Source: Eledone cirrhosa (lineage: Eukaryota). From it: a stretch of DNA of 64,000 nucleotides. How positions within the stretch are numbered: position 1 is the first letter of the stretch; every line of letters starts with the position of its first letter. Below, in pieces: positions 10,736 to 24,100 of this stretch. Both the position numbers and the translations under genes were made by a program. Where the stretch lies: assembly GCA_964016885.1 (NCBI GenBank), contig OZ024747.1, forward strand, positions 5,580,001 through 5,644,000. Direction: 5' to 3'. The notes beneath the pieces are model-generated. The model did no database searches. It had not been told where the DNA came from and saw only the letters and a program-made list of their open reading frames with translations.

Positions 10736-11464
10736 CTCGCGTCAAATTAACGAAAACCAGACAGCTCACACATTACATGTTCTTAGTTTACTTTTTGGGT
10801 TTGTTTTTTGTTTTTTCTTTTGTTAATTAGCTAAACATTTATTTATCTACATTCTCTCCGTGCTTTTAATAAACAAACAACAACGACAAGCCACTCGTAT
10901 TGTGCACTTGTGTCAATATCACTTTAATTCTATAAACCTAAAGAATCTTACACCAGTTTCAAAATATACTTTACACCCAATATTTTCTTTCTTTTCTATA
11001 TCTACTATTACTACATCATCGAATCAAGTGTTCTGTCCTTTTTTTAATGACAATGGTAGTTCTATTCAAGGTAGAATTCGTTGCTATTTATAGCTTGTAG
11101 AGTATCCACGAAGTGCCTTTTTCGTATGCGGCTTCTGGATTTAAAGGTACCGTATGCACGGCGGAGTCATACTCTGTATACATTCTTCTCAAGTCCCCTA
11201 GATGTCACAGCGCACTATAAAGAACACAGAGACCTTAGATATAAGCTACCTATGCAAGCCATGTTAAAAAAATTATTTAAATTATATACCTCCTGGATAT
11301 GCAAATGACACAGTTTGTTACTGCAGCATGACCCTAACCTATTCAATACTACAGTACCATCCTAAAAGACGCCAGACTTTTCCTCCAAACGTGAAACTTT
11401 CCTTTTTCTTTCTGAGGAAATAAAATTCCCGAAAGTAATTGACTTCAATATAGTTGGGCTACAA

Positions 11465-11690
11465 CTCTCTCTCTACCCCTCTCTCTATCTCTCTCCCTCT
11501 CTCTCTCACTCTCACACACACACACGTACACTGTATTAGTCTCTCTCTCTCACACACACTGTATTTCTCCCCCTATCTCTCTACCCCTCTCTCTCTCTCT
11601 CACACATTGTATTTCTCACCAGCCCTCTCTCTCCCATTCTCCCCTCTCTCCTATTCCCCCCTTTCCCCTCTCTCCTCTCTCTCTCTGTAT
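11465..11690. repeat. (CT)n-rich polypyrimidine low-complexity tract
   Basis: Directly visible. Confidence 0.85.
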
Positions 11691-14600
11691 CCATGTCCAA
11701 TCAGTATATGTGTATGTGACATTACGTAGAGGTCAGAGTTCAGAGTTGTTCTGTCTGTTAGCCCTTTACGTCTTGCAATGTGGAAGTCAAGCATTCGGTC
11801 AATCCCTCATTAATTAGTCAGACCAGATTTTACTTGAATAGTGCAGCCATTGTATTTCTCAATGTGCAGTAGTTGTAATTGACTGACTGTGTGTGGCTGC
11901 AGTAGACCACTAGTTGTAATTGACTGACTGTGTGTGGCTGCAGTAGACCACTAGTTGTAATTGACTGGCTGTGTGTGGCTGCAGTAGACCACTAGTTGTA
12001 ATTGACTGGCTGTGTGTGGCTGCAGTAGACCACTAGTTGTAATTGACTGACTGTGTGTGTGGCTGTAGTAGACCACTAGTTGTAATTGACTGACCCTGTG
12101 TGTGGCTGCAGTAGACCACTAGTGGTAATTGACTGACCCTGTGTGTGTGGCTGCAGTAGACCACTAGTTGTAATTGACTGGCCCTGTGTGTGTGGCTGCA
12201 GTAGACCACTAGTTGTAATTGACTGGCCCTGTGTGTGTGGCTGCAGTAGACCACTAGTTGTAATTGACTGACCCTGTGTGTGTGGCTGTAGTAGACCACT
12301 AGTTGTAATTGACTGACTGTGTGTGTGGCTGCAGTAGACCACTAGTTGTAATTGACTGACCCTGTGTGTGTGGCTGCAGTAGACCACTAGTTGTAATTGA
12401 CTGACCCTGTGTGTGTGGCTGCAGTAGACCACTAGTTGTAATTGACTGACCCTGTGTGTGGCTGTAGTAGACCACTAGTTGTAATTGACTGACCCTGTGT
12501 GTGGCTGCAGTAGACCACTAGTTGTAATTGACTGACTGTGTGTGGCTGTAGTAGACCACTAGTTGTAATTGACTGGCTGTGTGTGGCTGTAGTAGACCAC
12601 TAGTTGTAATTGACTGGCTGTGTGTGGCTGCAGTAGACCACTAGTTGTAATTGACTGACCCTGTGTGTGGCTGCAGTAGACTACTAGTTGTAATTGACTG
12701 GCTGTGTGTGGCTGCAGTAGACCACTAGTTGTAATTGACTGACCCTGTGTGTGGCTGTAGTAGACCACTAGTTGTAATTGACTGGCTGTGTGTGGCTGCA
12801 GTAGACCACTAGTTGTAATTGACTGGCTGTGTGTGGCTGTAGTAGACCACTAGTTGTAATTGACTGACCCTGTGTGTGGCTGTAGTAGACCACTAGTTGT
12901 AATTGACTGGCTGTGTGTGGCTGCAGTAGACCACTAGTTGTAATTGACTGGCTGTGTGTGGCTGCAGTAGACCACTAGTTGTAATTGACTGGCTGTGTGT
13001 GGCTGTAGTAGACCACTAGTTGTAATTGACTGACCCTGTGTGTGGCTGTAGTAGACCACTAGTTGTAATTGACTGGCTGTGTGTGGCTGCAGTAGACCAC
13101 TAGTTGTAATTGACTGACCCTGTGTGTGGCTGTAGTAGACCACTAGTTGTAATTGACTGACTGTGTGTGTGGCTGCAGTAGACTACTAGTTGTAATTGAC
13201 TGACCCTGTGTGTGGCTGCAGTACACCACTAGTTGTAATTGACTGACCCTGTGTGTGGCTGTAGTAGACCACTAGTTGTAATTGACTGACTGTGTGTGTG
13301 GCTGCAGTAGACCACTAGTTGTAATTGACTGGCCCTGTGTGTGTGGCTGCAGTAGACTACTAGTTGTAATTGACTGACTGTGTGTGGCTGTAGTAGACCA
13401 CTAGTTGTAATTGACTGACTGTGTGTGGCTGTAGTAGACCACTAGTTGTAATTGACTGACCCTGTGTGTGGCTGTAGTAGACCACTAGTTGTAATTGACT
13501 GACTCTATGTGTGGCTGCAGTAGACCACTAGTTGTAATTGACTGACTGTGTGTGGTTGTAGTAGACCACTAGTTGTAATTGACTGACCCTGTGTGGCTGC
13601 AGTAGACCACTAGTTGTAATTGACTGACTCTATGTGTGGCTGCAGTAGACCACTAGTTGTAATTGACTGACTGTGTGTGGCTGTAGTAGACCACTAGTTG
13701 TAATTGACTGACCCTGTGTGGCTGCAGTAGACCACTAGTTGTAATTGACTGACTGTGTGTGGTTGTAGTAGACCACTAGTTGTAATTGACTGACCCTGTG
13801 TGGCTGCAGTAGACCACTAGTTGTAATTGACTGACCCTGTGTGTGGTTGTAGTAGACCACTAGTTGTAATTGACTGACTGTGTGTGGCTGTAGTAGACCA
13901 CTAGTTGTAATTGACTGACCCTGTGTGTGGCTGTAGTAGACCACTAGTGGTAATTGACTGACTCTATGTGTGGCTGCAGTAGACCACTAGTTGTAATTGA
14001 CTGACCCTGTGTGTGGCTGTAGTAGACCACTAGTTGTAATTGACTGACTCTATGTGTGGCTGCAGTAGACCACTAGTTGTAATTGACTGACTGTGTGTGG
14101 CTGCAGTAGACCACTAGTTGTAATTGACTGACCCTGTGTGTGGCTGCAGTAGACCACTAGTTGTAATTGACTGGCCCTGTGTGTGGCTGTAGTAGACCAC
14201 TAGTTGTAATTGACTGACTGTGTGTGTGGCTGTAGTAGACCACTAGTTGTAATTGACTGACCCTGTGTGTGGCTGCAGTAGACCACTAGTTGTAATTGAC
14301 TGGCCCTGTGTGTGGCTGTAGTAGACCACTAGTTGTAATTGACTGACTGTGTGTGTGGCTGTAGTAGACCACTAGTTGTAATTGACTGACCCTGTGTGTG
14401 GCTGTAGTAGACCACTAGTTGTAATTGACTGACCCTGTGTGTGGCTGCAGTAGACCACTAGTTGTAATTGACTGGCCCTGTGTGTGGCTGTAGTAGACCA
14501 CTAGTTGTAATTGACTGGCTGTGTGTGGCTGTAGTAGACCACTAGTTGTAATTGACTGACCCTGTGTGGCTGTAGTAGACCACTAGTTGTAATTGACTGG

Positions 14601-15172
14601 CTGTGTGTGGCTGTAGTAGACCACTAGTTGTAATTGACTGACCCTGTGTGTGGCTGCAGTAGACCACTAGTTGTAATTGACTAACTGTGTGTGTGGCTGT
14701 AGTAGACCACTAGTTGTAATTGACTGGCCCTGTGTGTGGCTGTAGTAGACCACTAGTTGTAATTGACTGGCTGTGTGTGGCTGTAGTAGACCACTAGTTG
14801 TAATTGACTGACCCTGTGTGGCTGTAGTAGACCACTAGTTGTAATTGACTGACTGTGTGTGGCTGCAGTAGACCACTAGTTGTAATTGACTGACCCTGTG
14901 TGTGGCTGCAGTAGACCACTAGTTGTAATTGACTGGCCCTGTGTGTGGCTGTAGTAGACCACTAGTTGTAATTGACTGACTGTATGTGTGGCTGCAGTAG
15001 ACCACTAGTTGTAATTGACTGACTGTATGTGTGGCTGCAGTAGACCACTAGTTGTAATTGACTGACCCTGTGTGGCTGTAGTAGACCACTAGTTGTAATT
15101 GACTGACTGTGTGTGGCTGCAGTAGACCACTAGTTGTAATTGACTGACCCTGTGTGTGGCTGCAGTAGACCA

Positions 15173-18100
15173 CTAGTTGTAATTGACTGGCCCTGTGTGT
15201 GGCTGTAGTAGACCACTAGTTGTAATTGACTGACTGTATGTGTGGCTGCAGTAGACCACTAGTTGTAATTGACTGACTGTATGTGTGGCTGCAGTAGACC
15301 ACTAGTTGTAATTGACTGACCCTGTGTGTGGCTGTAGTAGACCACTAGTTGTAATTGACTGGCCCTGTGTGTGGCTGCAGTAGACCACTAGTTGTAATTG
15401 ACTGACTGTGTGTGGCTGCAGTAGACCACTAGTTGTAATTGACTGACCCTGTGTGTGGCTGTAGTAGACCACTAGTTGTAATTGACTGGCCCTGTGTGTG
15501 GCTGTAGTAGACCACTAGTTGTAATTGACTGACTGTATGTGTGGCTGCAGTAGACCACTAGTTGTAATTGACTGACTCTATGTGTGGCTGCAGTAGACCA
15601 CTAGTTGTAATTGACTGACTGTGTGTGGCTGTAGTAGACCACTAGTTGTAATTGACTGACTGTGTGTGGTTGTAGTAGACCACTAGTTGTAATTGACTGA
15701 CTGTGTGTGTGGCTGTAGTAGACCACTAGTTGTAATTGATTGACCCTGTGTGTGGCTGTAGTAGACCACTAGTTGTAATTGACTGACTGTGTGTGGCTGT
15801 AGTAGACCACTAGTTGTAATTGACTGACCCTGTGTGTGGCTGTAGTAGACCACTAGTTGTAATTGACTGGCCCTGTGTGTGGCTGTAGTAGACCACTAGT
15901 TGTAATTGACTGACTGTGTGTGTGGCTGTAGTAGACCACTAGTTGTAATTGACTGACCCTGTGTGTGGCTGTAGTAGACCACTAGTTGTAATTGACTGAC
16001 TGTGTGTGTGGCTGTAGTAGACCACTAGTTGTAATTGACTGACTGTGTGTGTGGCTGTAGTAGACCACTAGTTGTAATTGACTGACTCTATGTGTGGCTG
16101 CAGTAGACCACTAGTTGTAATTGACTGACTGTGTGTGGCTGTAGTAGACCACTAGTTGTAATTGACTGACTGTGTGTGGTTGTAGTAGACCACTAGTTGT
16201 AATTGACTGACTGTGTGTGGTTGTAGTAGACCACTAGTTGTAATTGACTGACTGTGTGTGGCTGTAGTAGACCACTAGTTGTAATTGACTGACTGTGTGT
16301 GGCTGTAGTAGACCACTAGTTGTAATTGACTGACTGTGTGTGGCTGTAGTAGACCACTAGTTGTAATTGACTGACTGTGTGTGGCTGTAGTAGACCACTA
16401 GTTGTAATTGAATGACTGTGTGTGGCTGTAGTAGACCACTAGTTGTAATTGACTGACTGTGTGTGGCTGTAGTAGACCACTAGTTGTAATTGACTGACTG
16501 TGTGTGGCTGTAGTAGACCACTAGTTGTAATTGACTGACTCTATGTGTGGCTGCAGTAGACCACTAGTTGTAATTGACTGACTGTGTGTGGCTGTAGTAG
16601 ACCACTAGTTGTAATTGACTGACCCTGTGTGTGGCTGTAGTAGACCACTAGTTGTAATTGACTGACTGTGTGTGGTTGTAGTAGACCACTAGTTGTAATT
16701 GACTGACTGTGTGTGGCTGTAGTAGACCACTAGTTGTAATTGACTGACTGTGTGTGGCTGTAGTAGACCACTAGTTGTAATTGACTGACTGTGTGTGGCT
16801 GTAGTAGACCACTAGTTGTAATTGACTGACTCTATGTGTGGCTGCAGTAGACCACTAGTTGTAATTGACTGACTGTGTGTGGCTGTAGTAGACCACTAGT
16901 TGTAATTGACTGACTGTGTGTGGTTGTAGTAGACCACTAGTTGTAATTGACTGACCCTGTGTGTGGCTGTAGTAGACCACTAGTTGTAATTGACTGACCC
17001 TGTGTGTGGCTGTAGTAGACCACTAGTTGTAATTGACTGACCGTGTGTGGTTGTAGTAGACCACTAGTTGTAATTGACTGACTGTGTGTGGCTGTAGTAG
17101 ACCACTAGTTGTAATTGACTGACTGTGTGTGGTTGTAGTAGACCACTAGTTGTAATTGACTGACTGTGTGTGGCTGTAGTAGACCACTAGTTGTAATTGA
17201 CTGACTGTGTGTGGCTGTAGTAGACCACTAGTTGTAATTGACTGACTCTATGTGTGGCTGCAGTAGACCACTAGTTGTAATTGACTGACTGTGTGTGGTT
17301 GTAGTAGACCACTAGTTGTAATTGACTGACTGTGTGTGGCTGTAGTAGACCACTAGTTGTAATTGACTGACTCTATGTGTGGCTGCAGTAGACCACTAGT
17401 TGTAATTGACTGACTGTGTGTGGTTGTAGTAGACCACTAGTTGTAATTGACTGACTGTGTGTGGCTGTAGTAGACCACTAGTTGTAATTGACTGACCCTG
17501 TGTGGCTGTAGTAGACCACTAGTTGTAATTGACTGACCCTGTTTGTGGCTGTAGTAGACCACTAGTTGTGATTGACTGGCCCTGTGTGTGGCTGTAGTAG
17601 ACCACTAGTTGTAATTGACTGACTGTGTGTGGCTGTAGTAGACCACTAGTTGTAATTGACTGACCCTGTGTGTGTGGCTGTAGTAGAACACTAGTTGTAA
17701 TTGACTGACTGTGTGTGTGGCTGCAGTAGACCACTAGTTGTAATTGACTGACTGTGTGTGTGGCTGCAGTAGACCACTAGTTGTAATTGACTGACTGTGT
17801 GTGTGGCTGCAGTAGACCACTAGTTGTAATTGACTGACTGTGTGTGTGGCTGCAGTAGACCACTAGTTGTAATTGACTGACTGTGTGTGTGGCTGCAGTA
17901 GACCACAAGTTGTAATTGACTGACTGTGTGTGTGGCTGCAGTAGACCACTAGTTGTAATTGACTGACTGTGTGTGTGGCTGCAGTAGGCCACTAGTTGTA
18001 ATTGACTGACCCTGTGTGTGGCTGCAGTAGACCACTAGTTGTAATTGACTGACTGTGTGTGTGGCTGTAGTAGACCACTAGTTGTAATTGACTGACTGTG

Positions 18101-21100
18101 TGTGTGGCTGTAGTAGACCACTAGTTGTAATTGACTGACCCTGTGTGTGGCTGTAGTAGACCACTAGTTGTAATTGACTGACTGTGTGTGGATGTAGTAG
18201 ACCACTAGTTGTAATTGACTGACCCTGTGTGTGGCTGCAGTAGACCACTAGTTGTAATTGACTGACCCTGTGTGTGGCTGTAGTAGACCACTAGTTGTAA
18301 TTGACTGACTGTGTGTGGCTGTAGTAGACCACTAGTTGTAATTGACTGACTGTGTGTGTGGCTGTAGTAGACCACTAGTTGTAATTGACTGACCCTGTGT
18401 GTGGCTGTAGTCGACCACTAGTTGTAATTAACTGACTGTGTGTGGCTGTAGTAGACCACTAGTTGTAATTGACTGACTCTATGTGTGGCTGTAGTAGACC
18501 ACTAGTTGTAATTGACTGACCCTGTGTGTGGCTGCAGTAGACGACTAGTTGTAATTGACTGACTGTGTGTGGCTGCAGTAGACCACTAGTTGTAATTGAC
18601 TGACTGTGTGTGGATGTAGTAGACCACTAGTTGTAATTGACTGACTGTGTGTGGCTGCAGTAGACCACTAGTTGTAATTGGATGACCCTGTGTGTGGCTG
18701 CAGTAGACCACTAGTTGTAATTGACTGACTGTGTGTGTGGCTGTAGTAGACCACTAGTTGTAATTGACTGACCCTGTTTGGCTGTAGTAGACCACTAGTT
18801 GTAATTGACTGACCCTGTGTGTGGCTGTAGTAGACCACTAGTTGTAATTGACTGACTGTGTGTGGATGTAGTAGACCACTAGTTGTAATTGACTGACCCT
18901 GTGTGTGGCTGTAGTAGACCACTAGTTGTAATTGACTGGCCCTGTGTGTGGCTGTAGTAGACCACTAGTTGTAATTGACTGACTGTATGTGTGGCTGCAG
19001 TAGACCACTAGTTGTAATTGACTGACTGTATGTGTGGCTGCAGTAGACCACTAGTTGTAATTGACTGACCCTGTGTGTGGCTGTAGTAGACCACTAGTTG
19101 TAATTGACTGGCCCTGTGTGTGGCTGCAGTAGACCACTAGTTGTAATTGACTGACTGTGTGTGGCTGCAGTAGACCACTAGTTGTAATTGACTGACCCTG
19201 TGTGTGGCTGTAGTAGACCACTAGTTGTAATTGACTGGCCCTGTGTGTGGCTGTAGTAGACCACTAGTTGTAATTGACTGACTGTATGTGTGGCTGCAGT
19301 AGACCACTAGTTGTAATTGACTGACTCTATGTGTGGCTGCAGTAGACCACTAGTTGTAATTGACTGACTGTGTGTGGCTGTAGTAGACCACTAGTTGTAA
19401 TTGACTGACTGTGTGTGGTTGTAGTAGACCACTAGTTGTAATTGACTGACTGTGTGTGTGGCTGTAGTAGACCACTAGTTGTAATTGACTGACCCTGTGT
19501 GTGGCTGTAGTAGACCACTAGTTGTAATTGACTGACTGTGTGTGGCTGTAGTAGACCACTAGTTGTAATTGACTGACCCTGTGTGTGGCTGTAGTAGACC
19601 ACTAGTTGTAATTGACTGGCCCTGTGTGTGGCTGTAGTAGACCACTAGTTGTAATTGACTGACTGTGTGTGTGGCTGTAGTAGACCACTAGTTGTAATTG
19701 ACTGACCCTGTGTGTGGCTGTAGTAGACCACTAGTTGTAATTGACTGACTGTGTGTGTGGCTGTAGTAGACCACTAGTTGTAATTGACTGACTGTGTGTG
19801 TGGCTGTAGTAGACCACTAGTTGTAATTGACTGACTCTATGTGTGGCTGCAGTAGACCACTAGTTGTAATTGACTGACTGTGTGTGGCTGTAGTAGACCA
19901 CTAGTTGTAATTGACTGACTGTGTGTGGTTGTAGTAGACCACTAGTTGTAATTGACTGACTGTGTGTGGTTGTAGTAGACCACTAGTTGTAATTGACTGA
20001 CTGTGTGTGGCTGTAGTAGACCACTAGTTGTAATTGACTGACTGTGTGTGGCTGTAGTAGACCACTAGTTGTAATTGACTGACTGTGTGTGGCTGTAGTA
20101 GACCACTAGTTGTAATTGACTGACTGTGTGTGGCTGTAGTAGACCACTAGTTGTAATTGACTGACTGTGTGTGGCTGTAGTAGACCACTAGTTGTAATTG
20201 ACTGACTGTGTGTGGCTGTAGTAGACCACTAGTTGTAATTGACTGACTGTGTGTGGCTGTAGTAGACCACTAGTTGTAATTGACTGACTCTATGTGTGGC
20301 TGCAGTAGACCACTAGTTGTAATTGACTGACTGTGTGTGGCTGTAGTAGACCACTAGTTGTAATTGACTGACCCTGTGTGTGGCTGTAGTAGACCACTAG
20401 TTGTAATTGACTGACTGTGTGTGGTTGTAGTAGACCACTAGTTGTAATTGACTGACTGTGTGTGGCTGTAGTAGACCACTAGTTGTAATTGACTGACTGT
20501 GTGTGGCTGTAGTAGACCACTAGTTGTAATTGACTGACTGTGTGTGGCTGTAGTAGACCACTAGTTGTAATTGACTGACTCTATGTGTGGCTGCAGTAGA
20601 CCACTAGTTGTAATTGACTGACTGTGTGTGGCTGTAGTAGACCACTAGTTGTAATTGACTGACTGTGTGTGGTTGTAGTAGACCACTAGTTGTAATTGAC
20701 TGACCCTGTGTGTGGCTGTAGTAGACCACTAGTTGTAATTGACTGGCCCTGTGTGTGGCTGTAGTAGACCACTAGTTGTAATTGACTGACCGTGTGTGGT
20801 TGTAGTAGACCACTAGTTGTAATTGACTGACTGTGTGTGGCTGTAGTAGACCACTAGTTGTAATTGACTGACTGTGTGTGGTTGTAGTAGACCACTAGTT
20901 GTAATTGACTGACTGTGTGTGGCTGTAGTAGACCACTAGTTGTAATTGACTGACTGTGTGTGGCTGTAGTAGACCACTAGTTGTAATTGACTGACTCTAT
21001 GTGTGGCTGCAGTAGACCACTAGTTGTAATTGACTGACTGTGTGTGGTTGTAGTAGACCACTAGTTGTAATTGACTGACTGTGTGTGGCTGTAGTAGACC

Positions 21101-24100
21101 ACTAGTTGTAATTGACTGACTCTATGTGTGGCTGCAGTAGACCACTAGTTGTAATTGACTGACTGTGTGTGGTTGTAGTAGACCACTAGTTGTAATTGAC
21201 TGACTGTGTGTGGCTGTAGTAGACCACTAGTTGTAATTGACTGACCCTGTGTGGCTGTAGTAGACCACTAGTTGTAATTGACTGACCCTGTTTGTGGCTG
21301 TAGTAGACCACTAGTTGTGATTGACTGGCCCTGTGTGTGGCTGTAGTAGACCACTAGTTGTAATTGACTGACTGTGTGTGGCTGTAGTAGACCACTAGTT
21401 GTAATTGACTGACCCTGTGTGTGTGGCTGTAGTAGAACACTAGTTGTAATTGACTGACTGTGTGTGTGGCTGCAGTAGACCACTAGTTGTAATTGACTGA
21501 CTGTGTGTGTGGCTGCAGTAGACCACTAGTTGTAATTGACTGACTGTGTGTGTGGCTGCAGTAGACCACTAGTTGTAATTGACTGACTGTGTGTGTGGCT
21601 GCAGTAGACCACTAGTTGTAATTGACTGACTGTGTGTGTGGCTGCAGTAGACCACAAGTTGTAATTGACTGACTGTGTGTGTGGCTGCAGTAGACCACTA
21701 GTTGTAATTGACTGACTGTGTGTGTGGCTGCAGTAGGCCACTAGTTGTAATTGACTGACCCTGTGTGTGGCTGCAGTAGACCACTAGTTGTAATTGACTG
21801 ACTGTGTGTGTGGCTGTAGTAGACCACTAGTTGTAATTGACTGACTGTGTGTGTGGCTGTAGTAGACCACTAGTTGTAATTGACTGACCCTGTGTGTGGC
21901 TGTAGTAGACCACTAGTTGTAATTGACTGACTGTGTGTGGATGTAGTAGACCACTAGTTGTAATTGACTGACCCTGTGTGTGGCTGCAGTAGACCACTAG
22001 TTGTAATTGACTGACCCTGTGTGTGGCTGTAGTAGACCACTAGTTGTAATTGACTGACTGTGTGTGGCTGTAGTAGACCACTAGTTGTAATTGACTGACT
22101 GTGTGTGTGGCTGTAGTAGACCACTAGTTGTAATTGACTGACCCTGTGTGTGGCTGTAGTCGACCACTAGTTGTAATTAACTGACTGTGTGTGGCTGTAG
22201 TAGACCACTAGTTGTAATTGACTGACTCTATGTGTGGCTGTAGTAGACCACTAGTTGTAATTGACTGACCCTGTGTGTGGCTGCAGTAGACGACTAGTTG
22301 TAATTGACTGACTGTGTGTGGCTGCAGTAGACCACTAGTTGTAATTGACTGACTGTGTGTGGATGTAGTAGACCACTAGTTGTAATTGACTGACTGTGTG
22401 TGGCTGCAGTAGACCACTAGATGTAATTGGATGACCCTGTGTGTGGCTGCAGTAGACCACTAGTTGTAATTGACTGACTGTGTGTGTGGCTGTAGTAGAC
22501 CACTAGTTGTAATTGACTGACCCTGTTTGGCTGTAGTAGACCACTAGTTGTAATTGACTGACCCTGTGTGTGGCTGTAGTAGACCACTAGTTGTAATTGA
22601 CTGACTGTGTGTGGATGTAGTAGACCACTAGTTGTAATTGACTGACCCTGTGTGTGGCTGTAGTAGACCACTAGTTGTAATTGACTGGCCCTGTGTGTGG
22701 CTGTAGTAGACCACTAGTTGTAATTGACTGACTGTATGTGTGGCTGCAGTAGACCACTAGTTGTAATTGACTGACTGTATGTGTGGCTGCAGTAGACCAC
22801 TAGTTGTAATTGACTGACCCTGTGTGTGGCTGTAGTAGACCACTAGTTGTAATTGACTGGCCCTGTGTGTGGCTGCAGTAGACCACTAGTTGTAATTGAC
22901 TGACTGTGTGTGGCTGCAGTAGACCACTAGTTGTAATTGACTGACCCTGTGTGTGGCTGTAGTAGACCACTAGTTGTAATTGACTGGCCCTGTGTGTGGC
23001 TGTAGTAGACCACTAGTTGTAATTGACTGACTGTATGTGTGGCTGCAGTAGACCACTAGTTGTAATTGACTGACTCTATGTGTGGCTGCAGTAGACCACT
23101 AGTTGTAATTGACTGACTGTGTGTGGCTGTAGTAGACCACTAGTTGTAATTGACTGACTGTGTGTGGTTGTAGTAGACCACTAGTTGTAATTGACTGACT
23201 GTGTGTGTGGCTGTAGTAGACCACTAGTTGTAATTGACTGACCCTGTGTGTGGCTGTAGTAGACCACTAGTTGTAATTGACTGACTGTGTGTGGCTGTAG
23301 TAGACCACTAGTTGTAATTGACTGACCCTGTGTGTGGCTGTAGTAGACCACTAGTTGTAATTGACTGGCCCTGTGTGTGGCTGTAGTAGACCACTAGTTG
23401 TAATTGACTGACTGTGTGTGTGGCTGTAGTAGACCACTAGTTGTAATTGACTGACCCTGTGTGTGGCTGTAGTAGACCACTAGTTGTAATTGACTGACTG
23501 TGTGTGTGGCTGTAGTAGACCACTAGTTGTAATTGACTGACTGTGTGTGTGGCTGTAGTAGACCACTAGTTGTAATTGACTGACTCTATGTGTGGCTGCA
23601 GTAGACCACTAGTTGTAATTGACTGACTGTGTGTGGCTGTAGTAGACCACTAGTTGTAATTGACTGACTGTGTGTGGTTGTAGTAGACCACTAGTTGTAA
23701 TTGACTGACTGTGTGTGGTTGTAGTAGACCACTAGTTGTAATTGACTGACTGTGTGTGGCTGTAGTAGACCACTAGTTGTAATTGACTGACTGTGTGTGG
23801 CTGTAGTAGACCACTAGTTGTAATTGACTGACTGTGTGTGGCTGTAGTAGACCACTAGTTGTAATTGACTGACTGTGTGTGGCTGTAGTAGACCACTAGT
23901 TGTAATTGACTGACTGTGTGTGGCTGTAGTAGACCACTAGTTGTAATTGACTGACTGTGTGTGGCTGTAGTAGACCACTAGTTGTAATTGACTGACTGTG
24001 TGTGGCTGTAGTAGACCACTAGTTGTAATTGACTGACTCTATGTGTGGCTGCAGTAGACCACTAGTTGTAATTGACTGACTGTGTGTGGCTGTAGTAGAC

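Noticed and set aside
11081-11308. 75-aa ORF in unique sequence
   Set aside because: No recognisable motif, a TTG start, and a length expected by chance.
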